A stretch of DNA of 64,000 nucleotides from Selaginella moellendorffii (taxonomy: Eukaryota; Plantae; Lycopodiophyta): positions 20,792-84,791 of the forward strand of contig NW_003314368.1 of assembly GCF_000143415.4 (NCBI RefSeq). Reading direction: 5' to 3'. Shown here piece after piece: positions 24,813 to 36,184 of the stretch; the first letter of the stretch is position 1; each line of letters starts with the position of its first letter. Under the pieces are notes generated by a model. The model saw nothing but the letters and a program-made list of their open reading frames with translations, had not been told where the DNA came from and searched no databases. Made by a program: the position numbers and the translations under genes.

Positions 24813-26873
24813 ATGCCAGGGATTCCATTGATCTCCCATAGTGACGCTCTTACTTATGGCTTTGAGGAGCTGGCCAGGAATGGTAATGTTGTGCAGGCTG
24901 AGCTCCTCGAGCAGATCTTGGTGCAGAATGCAGATGCTGACTATCTCAAGGAGCACAAGCTGAATGGCTGCACTGATCTGGAGACTTTTAAAGCGCGTCT
25001 CCCGCTTATCACCTATGCAGACATCGAAGGCTACATTCAAAAGATTGCCGATGGCGATCAGTCGCCGGTTCTCTGCCAAAAGCCAGTTGATATGTTCTTC
25101 CTGAGGTAATTTTTTCCTTTTTTTTTCTTAAAAGCTGTGCTGATAGTACACTGTTTCCTAAGCTCTGGGACTGCCAAGGGACGAACAAAGCTCATCCCAG
25201 CGCACTATGACTTCTTTCTCAACACCATTCGATTGTTCCAACTCTCTGGAGCGTTTCGAGGAAGGTACTATAATTGACATGTCAACTGGATTCTCTCACT
25301 CATGAATTCACTCTGAAAAAGTCAGGCACTTCCCACTGAGCTCGAATGCCAAAGTCATGGACATTGTCTACTGTGGCAAACAAACAATGACCAAAGGAGG
25401 AATTCTCACGGGAACCGGAACCACAAACTATTTCCGCAGCGAAGCCTTCAAGCTCAAGCAGCAGTCCACAAAGATGTTCAATTCTAGCCCAAACGAGGTG
25501 ATCTTCTCCTCCAGCCTTCCCCAAGCAACGTACTGCCACCTGCTCTTCGCCCTCCTCGCCGCGGACGACATAGCCGTAATCTCCTCCACCTTCGTCTACA
25601 CAATCGTCGAGGCCTTTCGCTTCCTGGAAAAGACCTGGTCAATCTTGGCCGATTGCATCGAGTCTGGAACACTCCCCGAATGGATCACAGACCATGCAAT
25701 CCAAACCGTGGCCTCGAAGCAGCTCACCCAAGATCATCCCGACCGCGATCGAGGAACTCTAGCAGCCAAGATCCGATTGGAATGCAGCCGTGGCTTCCAG
25801 GGAATCATCCCGAGGCTGTGGAGGAACACGAGCTACGTCCTGTCAATCATGACCGGAACAATGTTGTCCTACTGCGAGGCGATGCGGTTCTACGCAGGGC
25901 CGGGCCTGGCGCTGGTTTGCGGTGACTATGGCGCTTCCGAGAGCTGGATGGGAATCAACATAGATCCTCTCTCGTCCCCGCACAACACCATCTTCACCAT
26001 CGTCCCGGATCTTGCCTACTTTGAGTTCATTCCTCTGGAGCGGCGCAAGTTTTCTAAGATCCAGGAGATCAATGGTCCCGTGGTGCCGCCGAGCTCGCTT
26101 TTCACGGAGGTGGCAGCGCCAGTGAGCATGGCAGACGTCCGTGTGGGTCAAGAATACGAGATCGCCATCACAACTTCGTCCGGTAAATCCTTTTTGATTG
26201 AGTCTCGAATGATAACCAAGTGTATATTGCATGCCTGTACGTGTGAGCAGGGCTGTACAGGTACCGCGTGGGCGACGTTGTACGCATCTGTGGGTTTTAC
26301 CACGACCTGCCGCAGTTCGTGTTCGTCTGCCGCCGGGACGTGCAGCTCAGCATCCACATCGACAAAAACGGCGAGACCGAGCTGGCCGTGGTGATGGAGC
26401 GGTCCGCCGCGGTACTACACGGCACAGGCGTCGGGGTGGCAGAGTATACCGCCCATGCTGACGTGTCGTTCCGCCCGGGACACTACGTTGTGTTTGTGGA
26501 GCTGGACGTGGACGTGGACGTGGACGTGGACTTGGACGTGCCACACGTGAGAAAAGGAAACCAGGGATCTTCAAAGGTGGCACAAGAAAAGCGTGACGAT
26601 TTTGAGAGGGTATTGCAGGAGTGTTGTGATTGCATGGATGGCGCATTTGTGGAGCCCGGTTATGTTGTGTCCCGTGCGGCCAAGACGATTGGACCCCTGG
26701 AGCTTTGCGTAGTGGAGAGGGGAACTTTTCGCAAGTTGGCAGAGAGTGCTCTGGACAAAGGTGCAACGCTGAATCAGTATAAGACCCCACGTTGCATTGC
26801 CGCGCCACACTTGCTAGCCATTCTCCGTGCAGGGATGGTCCGGAGCTTCTATTCGGGAGTGAGGAGAGAGTAA
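24813..26873 (+). CDS. GH3: GH3 acyl acid-amido synthetase
   Basis: Exons 24813-25105, 25163-25264, 25326-26182 and 26251-26873. Motifs SSGTAKGRTK, DYGASE, YFEFIP, GLYRYRVGD, PGHYVVF, IGPLEL and QYKTPRC. TATAAATA at 24677. Confidence 0.95.
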
Positions 26874-27589
26874 GTAGGGTAGTAAATTCCCCCCTTCACT
26901 GGGCCCAAAAACATGCTGAGTCTCATTACTTTCCATGTTTTATTTGTGTTCGGAGAGATTTGAAGATTAAATTATTTTAAATGAATAATATAAAGTTCAT
27001 AAATATCTAGCTGGGTGGAGTATTTATCTATCTTTTTATATGTTATTTTAGCAGAAGCACCAAACAAAGGTGTTGCCGCGACCAACTGAAGGGTTTATGT
27101 TGTCATAGTGAAGCATCAAATAAATGGTGCCATTCAAACAAAAACGGTGTCATGCCTCCTGTTGGGAAATAATGAAAGCATGAGACCACAATGGTGCAAA
27201 TTTGTAATGCAATTTCTTCAAATATTAATACATGAAAGCATGAGACCACAGTGCAATAAATGACTTTTAACACTCTTTTGAAGTTGAAGAAGCTTATGTT
27301 TTCACTATTGCTAATGCTGTTGCAGCAACAACTTCCACATGTTTGAAGCTGTCCAAGCAATAGCGGAAGTTGCTTGGCAATGCATGTAATATTATTAGAA
27401 ATGTAATGGTTTGATGTTTCATGCAATCATACGTTTAACGTGTTCTTTTTCCCGTAGGACGTTTTCCTTTTTTTGACTATGGTACCATATTCATGATATG
27501 GTATTGGCCAATCACAAGACGAGAACAAAAAGTGGCAGGCCGGAATAAAGTATAAAACACCAATCCGGCATGGAATAAGGAAAGAAGCT

Positions 27590-28060
27590 CCATCCAATCC
27601 GGAATAAAATATAATGGCCAAAGCTTTAGCTCCTTGGTGCTCGAGATGTACGTGAGGATTTGCTCATGTGACATATCTCCTTTTCACGTGGGACATTGAT
27701 TAAAGGTGTTTTGATACGCCACCGAGGACCAGTGGGAAGCTCCCCACACTCGAAACGTTTTGCATCTCTTTGCGGGCACCTGGAGGAATGTAAAACATGC
27801 ATTGCATACCACTCGGTCCCAACATGTACATAGTAACAAGAATCTTCCTCAATGAAGTCCACAATATGAGGTGAACTTCTCAGCGCCTCAAAGTGGGATG
27901 AAGCCGCTAGCTGCCATTGAGTCAAGCATATTCTCTTGAACGAGTATACCATTGAATTGTTCTAGCCTGGAATGAACATAAGCCCAAAATGGTTGCCATA
28001 CAAAATAACTTTTGTATGCTTGGAGATGGTAATTGTTACTGTCAATGGCATGCAATTTGT
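27590..28060 (-). pseudogene. Decayed partial duplicate of the gene at 63251-63955
   Basis: Near-colinear match (SSPHIVDFIE, RDAKRFECGELP, SHEQIL.Y.....RAPRS) with deletions and a frameshift. It retains intron sequence. Confidence 0.85.
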
Positions 28061-28779
28061 AAATTGCGTGACAACTGACCACACGACCCATGCACACACC
28101 ACCAGTTGCCAGCAGTCAATTCCCAGCAGTCAATTCCTGATTGGATGTCAGATATACAAGTTATTTATATACATAAATAAGTCTTAGATGGGTCCATAAT
28201 GAGCCATATAACCCATGCATGGTACCACATGCATTGATGACATCCTTCAGTCATCCTCATGTGTTCCAGACCTGGGATGGGTCTTGGGTTAGGGTTAAGA
28301 TGCAAGGAATGTTAGTTGCAATGGCATTTTTGGATGTGAGGGGTTTTGGTAGCTACACTACATGGTGAGCCAATTTATGTCCTATTGTCCTCTTGTTTGT
28401 AGTTTGCTTGAGTCCAAAAACTAGAGTATTGAGGTAAGGTGTTAACAAGCAAAAGAGATTCAGAATGAGTAAGCTTGAATTGTTACATTATATATCTCTA
28501 ACCTATGTGAGATGGTAAGTGAGGAGGCAAACAGCACTTTGTCCTCTTTCAGCTCTGCTTCTGAAAGCAGTTCCAATGTGCAAGAAGTGGTGGAGGACAA
28601 TGTTTTGCCTGTAAGTAGAAATTTCACACTCATATCCGTAATTTCTTAATTTCTCAAGTGTTTGAGATTTTCTTGCGAACAAGAGAATTTGCTAGTCCAA
28701 ATGTATTTACCACTTGGTTACACCTCGATTCTTGGGATAAAAACTAAAAGGTACCTAGCAAATTACTTCTAAATTACAA

Positions 28780-29670
28780 GACTAACATTGTACAAATATA
28801 TGTGCATTGTCATTCCGAATTGGAGAGGTGTATACAAGAGTACCAACAGAGGATTGAATTAAGTTCAAACTTATGTAACTATGAATTATGCTGGCACAAA
28901 CTGGGGTATCATTAACTCCTGGTCTAGTTGTTGAACAGTAGGATATAGATTTAGCTAATAGCAAGTTTGTGAAGCATTGGCAATGCATGATTCAGCAGGG
29001 CTATAGTAGGGGCATCTGTCTAGAATTCAAAGACAGATTTACACTAATGTGGAGCCTTATGTGCTGTGCCATATGTACTGAGTATATTTCATTGCATTTG
29101 TGAAGATTTAAACATTCATTGTGGCAGCATATTGCAAACTTGTATCATATAGATTTTACATTCACATTTTGATATGTGGGGAAACTCATTATACAGTCTC
29201 TTGAGAGCTATCAACCATCAAACAAACGCATGTGATTTTTAACAAATACGCACAAGCTGTATACAGATTTAGCCGGCATAAATGCATTAGGAGTGACAAT
29301 GCTCCTGAACATAATGTGGTAGAGAATGATATGGAACATTTTTTGGGTCCTTAAGGCAAGAGTTTTATTCACAAGACATCAACAAGAAACTAGGTATAAC
29401 TTCAATATTTTGTTGTGCATGTTCATCACCACTAACCTCCCTACCTTGCAGTGCATTGAGCACTTCTGGCGTGAATTGTACAAGTGTATGATGTGGTTAT
29501 ACAAGCACCTAATGGAGGATATTGGCATATGGATATTTCCAATGTATGGAGTTTGCAATGTCATATCTTGCCAAAGATATATCTCATTGAGTCACTATGT
29601 AGAATTTACACAAGGTGCGTTTATATTGGTGTGGTGAGTTCTTTAGGCCATCTCATGTACCAGTGAATTT
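28780..29670 (+). pseudogene. Decayed integrase-core (rve-like DDE) transposase
   Basis: Fragments IQRQIYTNVEPYVLCH, CKLVSYRFYIH, AQAVYRFSRHKCIRSDNAPEHNVV and LQCIEHFWREL follow the RRxYxV-PxxLWHxD / RSDxGxEN / NQRIERxWR pattern in order. Confidence 0.55.
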
Positions 29671-30749
29671 GTTTCAGCTCTTGGAGCACGAGCTTGGGTA
29701 AGCCTTTCATTTGACGATGATATGCATAAACTTTCCCACTTGTAGAATCGTTCAGCCATTATCTTTAAAGGATATAGAAGATATATCATGTTCAATATTT
29801 ATGAATGTTAAAGGTGAAACACTCCCTCAAGTATTACTTCCCTTCTTTTTATCACTCAAAGCATGCTTGATGTCTTAGAAAACTCACAACTACGAGGAAT
29901 TAGGCTTTTCTGATGCATCAACAAGGCCTTAATCTTGATGAGCAATATCTCCTACACTTGGATTTATTTATTAAACATGTAATAGCTGACGTTGAAGGTG
30001 TGGCTCTTCTAGTTTATATTGACACTGCTCTTCCTTCACACTCATAGCAAGCCTTTTGCATTTCCTCTCATCTCCATAGCAAGCCTCACCTCTTTGTTTT
30101 TTATTTTACCACATATAAGAAGTAAGGACATGGTGAGAATACATGGCAGTGGAGGTACTTGGCCCTGGAATAGTGCTAGAAATAATGCTCTATGTGATAA
30201 GCCTCTCAATCTTCCCTTCACCTCCAATCTACAAACCATACATACAAGCTCAATTCTAGTGGTCTTGTTTGGGTATAAGCATGTATAGTTAAACAAATAA
30301 GGGAGGGAACCCTAGGCCAACCTCTCAACCCTTAAGGCATTATGGCCTTAAATCCCACAGGCTATAAAATATTTTCAGAATGTTCTTATGGTTTGTATCA
30401 TTCTTCTCTCCCTCATAACCTAGCCATGGATAGCAACCTTAAGAAGTTAAATGAGCTTCACATGAAGGGAGTTTAAAGGAATACGGCTATGGAGAAAAGA
30501 TGTGCAAATGGCAACACTAATGTTGTGACAAATAGCCACAAAGAAAGAAAGTAATATGGCTTTTTCGCATGACAAGAGTTCTATAACAGTATTGTTATAT
30601 GATTTGAGCCATTTGTTCCATTCTTATTTTCTTATTTCCATGATTATAAGTGGAGGATATAAACCATTGGTGATTCTTTTTGTGCTTATTATGAAGTGAG
30701 TTACATCTTGTTATAAAAGATAGATTCATAATCCTCCCATTCCTTAGGA

Positions 30750-32450
30750 ATGTCATCTAAGTTATAACCAAAACTCGGAAACACTTTCTTTATATCATCT
30801 TTAGTTTCCCATGTAGCTTAATCCATGGAATAACCATTTTATTGAACTAACAACTTCCTAATTGTCTTCCGACGTGATATCACCACTCTTTGAGCAAGAA
30901 TATTGGTTGGACTAGCCTTCTCAACATCAATCCTTGGGACCTAGATGATGGATTGATCCAAGATATCACTAAAGTGCATTCACACTTTAAGCTTTCTCAC
31001 ATGGAACATTGAATGAATCTTTGACCTAGTTGGCAAGTCCAAAGTGTATGCAAGATCCCCTACACGCTATAAAATTGTCTAAGGCCTGAAACACCATAAA
31101 AACAATCTAGCAATGCCACCTCCTTTTAGAAACCATTATGCATCTGATAGATTAAGGAAAACTTTGTCACCAACTTTGTATTCTTGATGACAACAATGCT
31201 CATTAGCTAATCTTTTGTCTCGATCTTGAGCTTATTCATGTTCACCTTTGCCAACTCAAGCTTATCTCGCATATCTCTAAGAAATCACAAGCATGAGGCC
31301 GATTGATGAGTGCTGGTGTGAACTAACTAAAGCAAAGACAAATATTTCTCCCATACTCCCTGTCGATTCAAGTTTCCCATAAAAAACCTCAACATATCTT
31401 CCAACAGATGATTTATGCACTCTATTTGTCCGGGGATGATACAGGCTAATGAGCTTTTGATGATCAACTTTGATCACCTGGGGTCAAACAACCATATACG
31501 TATTTCTCAACATCTAACTTCATCCGAAGCCAAAAAAAATGCCTCTTCACCAACATATACATTCTTAATACCCCCAAATGCCTAACACTTGGCACATTAT
31601 GACACTCAACCAAAATCTATTTAATGAGTTTGTCAATACAAGGAGTTTGTTGGCCTAGAAGATCCTTTTGTCAACTAAAATACTGAAGAGACTAATGATC
31701 TGAGTCTATATGGAAGTCTGATTTATACAAATAATATCACCATTCCTTCACAATAGCAATCATAGCATACAATTCCTCTTGAGTAGGCTAGTTCCACTAT
31801 GTAGCATCAAACTTATGGCTCATGTACGTAAAAGGATGTCTAACTTGAAGTAAGATGGCTCCAATAGCAATGTCACTTGTATTTGTCTCAATCACAAGAG
31901 GCTTCTCAAGATCAAAAATCTTTAATACAAGAGTAGAGATACAACACTACTTCAAACGTTGAAATGCCATTTGACATTTCTCATCCCAACCATGAATAGT
32001 AGCATGTTTTAACATGTTTTAGAAAAGATCAGTCAAGGGAGTTACTATCTCTGAAAATCCTTCACAAATCCAAAAAGAACTCCAACCATACCCATGTTGA
32101 TAAACTCCTCATGTTGACAAACTCATCAATAGATTTTGGTTAAGTGTCATGATGTGCCATGTGTTGGGCATTCAGAGGTACTAAAAATATATAAAAGAGG
32201 CATTTCTTTTGGCCTGGGATGAAGTCAAATGTTGAGAAGTATATATGTGGTTGATTGATTTACTAGGCAATCAAAGTTGATCATCAAAAGCTTGCTAGCC
32301 TCTATCATCCCCAACGTGTATCTTAGAATAAATGGGATAACATCTTGATGGATTTTATCATTGGTTTACCCAAGACCTTTCGAGGAAATGATGTTATTTG
32401 GGTTGTTGTGGATCACTTAACAAAGATAGCTCACTTCTTCAGGACAAGTT
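30750..32450 (-). mobile_element. Decayed gypsy pol (RNaseH-integrase-chromodomain) with an inverted integrase fragment at about 32100-32450
   Basis: Minus-strand relics include LKIFDLEKPLVIET and AYTLDLP..IHSMFHV. A plus-strand fragment reads [36 protein letters not shown]. Confidence 0.75.
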
Positions 32451-34142
32451 AATTATTTTAACAAAATATACAACTATTTAGAATCTAGAGATTAAAGAGC
32501 CAGCCATATTAATTATATAATTGATTGTGAGAGAAATAATTTTGCTGAGATGAATAGGGTTATGAGCAAGAGGCATTTGTAAACTTTTGAGTTTAGACTT
32601 TCTGGAAGGTCACCCAACCCAGTACTATTTAAACCCAAAGATGCTTAATCCCAAATATTATAATACCCTTAACTATTTGGAAAAGAGGGTGCATTTTTAT
32701 TCATGAGCCCTTTCCCTTTATATTTGAACCATTATGGATCATCTCTCAAGTCATTTTGTTTGATTGCTTATAATCCACCATGCTTCCCTACGAGTTCACA
32801 CCCTCATAAACGGAAGTTGAGAGCTGTAACTCTCGCCAAATATTAATCAACATGTGGGAATTACAACAAAATCAAACTTGTGACCGCTTTAATACCAAAT
32901 GCAAGCTTTTGAGTTTGAACTTCCTAGAAGGTCACTTAACTTAATACTATTCAAACCCAAGGACACTTAATCTTAAGTATCTTAAGACTCTTAACCAATT
33001 AAAAAAGGGGGTGCATTTTTATTCATAAACCCTTTCCCTTTATATTTAAACCCTTATGAATTGTCTCTAAAGTCATTCTTTTTAGTTGCTTACAATATCG
33101 ATCAATTATAAGAGTTGTAGTATTGATAACTTATTCTCCCTCTCATCTCTATGCTCTTTTGTAGCACATATAATCATGAGATGAGATTTGGATATACTGT
33201 CACTGTGGATTTTTAGAATCTTGGGGGATAAAATAGCCACTAAGAGCTCTTTCATCAAGCAATTATCCCTTTTTTAGTTGGCTTAAGGGGAGAGAGATAA
33301 GGTGCATTACATGTGGTATTAGAGTAAATGGCATAGGTTTGATTTCCATTGTTTAGTACTTAAAAATATAATATACCCTTGAGTAAGGTATATTCCTACC
33401 TTTAAATTTGAAATTATACATATTGAGCATCCATGTGTATGTCCTTCCTCTTGGTGAAGCATCCATGGATAAAGGTATCCACCGTAGGATTACGGTACGG
33501 GTGGATAATTAGTTGCCTCACATGGAATAGCTAATATACACAATAGAAGCATTGGTAAATTCAATGTGAAAATTGAGCTACTGGTTCCCTTTAGTTTAAT
33601 AGGGGTTGTTAGTCAATAGTCAATGAGGACATTGACATCTCCTCTCTCTCTCTCTCTCTCTCTTTATGCGCGCCTCTCTCTATATGCCTCTGTATGTGTG
33701 TGTGTGTGTTTGATTGTAGAGCATGAAGGGGGGGTGAGTGTAGTGCATATGATCATGGGATGAGATTAAAATACTATCACTATGGATCCTTGGAACATTG
33801 GGGGATAAATGGCGATAAAATAACCACTAAGGGCTTTCTCATCAAGCAATTGATCTTTTTCCAGTTGGTTTAAGGGGGGAGAAATAAAGTGTGCTACATC
33901 TCTTCCCTTCAAAAGAGTTTTTTTCTTTTGTGAAAAGTGAAAGAAATTTAAGCTTTGGAAATGCTGGTTTATTTATGGGTTTTAACTATCAACATTACAA
34001 CTCTCATGATTGATCGGTGCCTTTCGCTTATAACCCCATTCATTTCAATAGTATTATTCCTCTCACAATCAATTATACATATTTTAATATCTTGTGTCCT
34101 TGGAAAGAATACGTCAAATCTTTGTTCATAGTGGATTTGTCC
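32441..34142. mobile_element. Non-autonomous long-TIR (foldback/Mutator-like) element
   Basis: 32511-32577 plus 33095-33130 are the reverse complement of 33984-34080, and the ends read GGACAA...TTGTCC. No TSD recognisable. Confidence 0.5.
32578..33094 (-). mobile_element. Older Cassandra TRIM (LTRs 32578-32772 and 32900-33094)
   Basis: Two degenerate 195-bp LTRs with the 5S-like segment, a PBS remnant and a shortened internal domain. Confidence 0.85.
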
Positions 34143-34494
34143 AATAAATATAGCTTACCATTTACAAAATTAAAGTACTATTAGAAAATTGATGTATCAC
34201 TAAAATCTAGGAAGCAATTGTCATTGAAGAGAATGAGAATCATGACCATTGATTGTGACCATTGATCATGACTATTGATCATGACCTTTAATTTTTAGGG
34301 TTTTATGGCTAGGGTTTGAGCAAAGAGAAAAACACTTGAATTTCACAATATGCTTCAAGCCACTCCTCAATCAAGACACTAGAAAGACACTCCTCAATCA
34401 AGGTATGCCTCTCAATCTCCCTGTCTATTGGTTTTCCATCTCCCCATCTTTTTCTCTTAGCTCACCAACAACTTGCAACTCACAATTACTTCAT

Positions 34495-34952
34495 GCTAGA
34501 ATGATTGGTTCGGTTAGTGAACCAATCTTCTCAACACATCAGGTTCTGGGATTTTTTTTTTTTGTGTTCCCTTAGTGCTGTAAGATTGGTTCAGCAGCAA
34601 ACCAATCTTCTTAGTGCCAATGGAACTGCTCTATTTTTTAATTTTTTTTCCCCTTAGCACTAGAAGATTGGTTTGGTAGCAAATTGATCTTTCTAGTGCC
34701 AAGGGAACTGCTCCTTTTCCTTTTTTTTTTGTTCCCTTGGCATTGGACGATTGGTTTGGCAACAAACTGATCTTCCCAGTGCCAAGGGAACTACTCCTTT
34801 TCTTTTTCTTTTTTGTTCCCTTAGTGCTGGAATATGGGTTTGAGTGCAAACCCATCTTTTCAATGCCAAGGAAATTGCTTCTATTTTTTTCCTTTTGTTC
34901 CTTAGCACTAGAAGATCCATTTAATGGCAAACCGATCTTCCCAGCATTAAGG
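34495..34952. repeat. Tandem array of about 83-bp units, each a ~60-bp hairpin plus T-tract; continues at 42411-42508
   Basis: Consensus GTTCCCTTRGYRCTRGAAGATTGGTTT-N6-AAACCRATCTTCYYAGTGCCAAGGGAAC followed by a pyrimidine tract, six to seven units. Confidence 0.85.
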
Positions 34953-35547
34953 TGTCGCAAATGTGACTTCAGGTATCGAAAAATATTTATCGGCTAGTCC
35001 TTACGGACACTCTTTCCTTACTGCTATGACGGCAGGAGGTCGATACAGTTGGTTCCCTTTATCGTTCCCAATTGAGCTAGTTGAGAAATTGGTCAATGAC
35101 CATACACTTAAATTGGATAAACATAAGGTAGGAACCCTATGTGTTTCTTGCTGAGCATACTCGGCCTAGTTTGAGAAACTCGTGTCATTGACTTGCACTT
35201 GCTAGTATCAAGAACCCCCGCGATATTGAGACTAGTCCCTCAATATTCGCTAGATGATAGCTTACCGTGTTTGCCAAATACCCTCGCTATCACGCCCTTT
35301 GCTCCATGATAGCTTACCGTGTCTGCCAAACACCCTCGCTATCATGCCCTTTGTGTTAGTCTCATTTCGGTCCCAAATGCTATTTATGGAAAGTGTCCAG
35401 ATTTGCTCATTTGGCATATCTATGGAATGTAGAGATCAGCCTGAACACAATGGTGTTCGTCCCGTGTCCAAATTCGCAATCTAGCGCCATTCCATATTTA
35501 ATAAGTTTCGAGCTTGTCCCAGAGACTAACTCCTGATACTAAGGGAG

Positions 35548-35647
35548 NNNNNNNNNNNNNNNNNNNNNNNNNNNNNNNNNNNNNNNNNNNNNNNNNNNNN
35601 NNNNNNNNNNNNNNNNNNNNNNNNNNNNNNNNNNNNNNNNNNNNNNN
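35548..35647. other. Assembly gap (100 N) next to the LTR poly-G run
   Basis: Run of N. Confidence 1.
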
Positions 35648-36184
35648 AAGGGGGGGGGGGGGGGATGTTGGGGGTTCCAAATGTATAGTAGGGATAGTGG
35701 TTGAAATGCATGTCCGACCATTTGAGACATTAGTTTAGCTCCCGCTAGACTGTGTTGCTCCTTGTTCTGCGTTCGGCTTGGGTCTAAGCCCAAACTCCAT
35801 GCTGCTCTAGTCGGTGGAGTACCCTCCTTCTCGCGTTAGGCCACCGGTATGCCTGAATTGTGCTAGACTCCGTCTGACACCATTTTGCGTGCAGGTGTTG
35901 GATACGGGGAGTTGGTGCTCGTGAATTGTACTGGACCCTCATTTCGTAACGCAACGGGCTTGGAGTTCGGCTCTAAATTCATGTGCGCTACATTTGGTAT
36001 CAGAGGAATTGTCTCAGCGATACCTATCCAACTTTTGTCGGTTTTTCTGACTCAAGTTGCATATGCAGAAACTTTTCTAGTAGATCCGAAGTGACCTGTG
36101 TAGGATTAGTTGGATTGCACCATTCGGTAAGAACGTTGTATGCATGTTCAGTTACTGATAGAGGCATGCATGCAGCTAGCGGGA

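Noticed and set aside
34495-34952. CRISPR-like array
   Set aside because: Eukaryotic context, spacers are low-complexity T tracts, and there are no cas genes.
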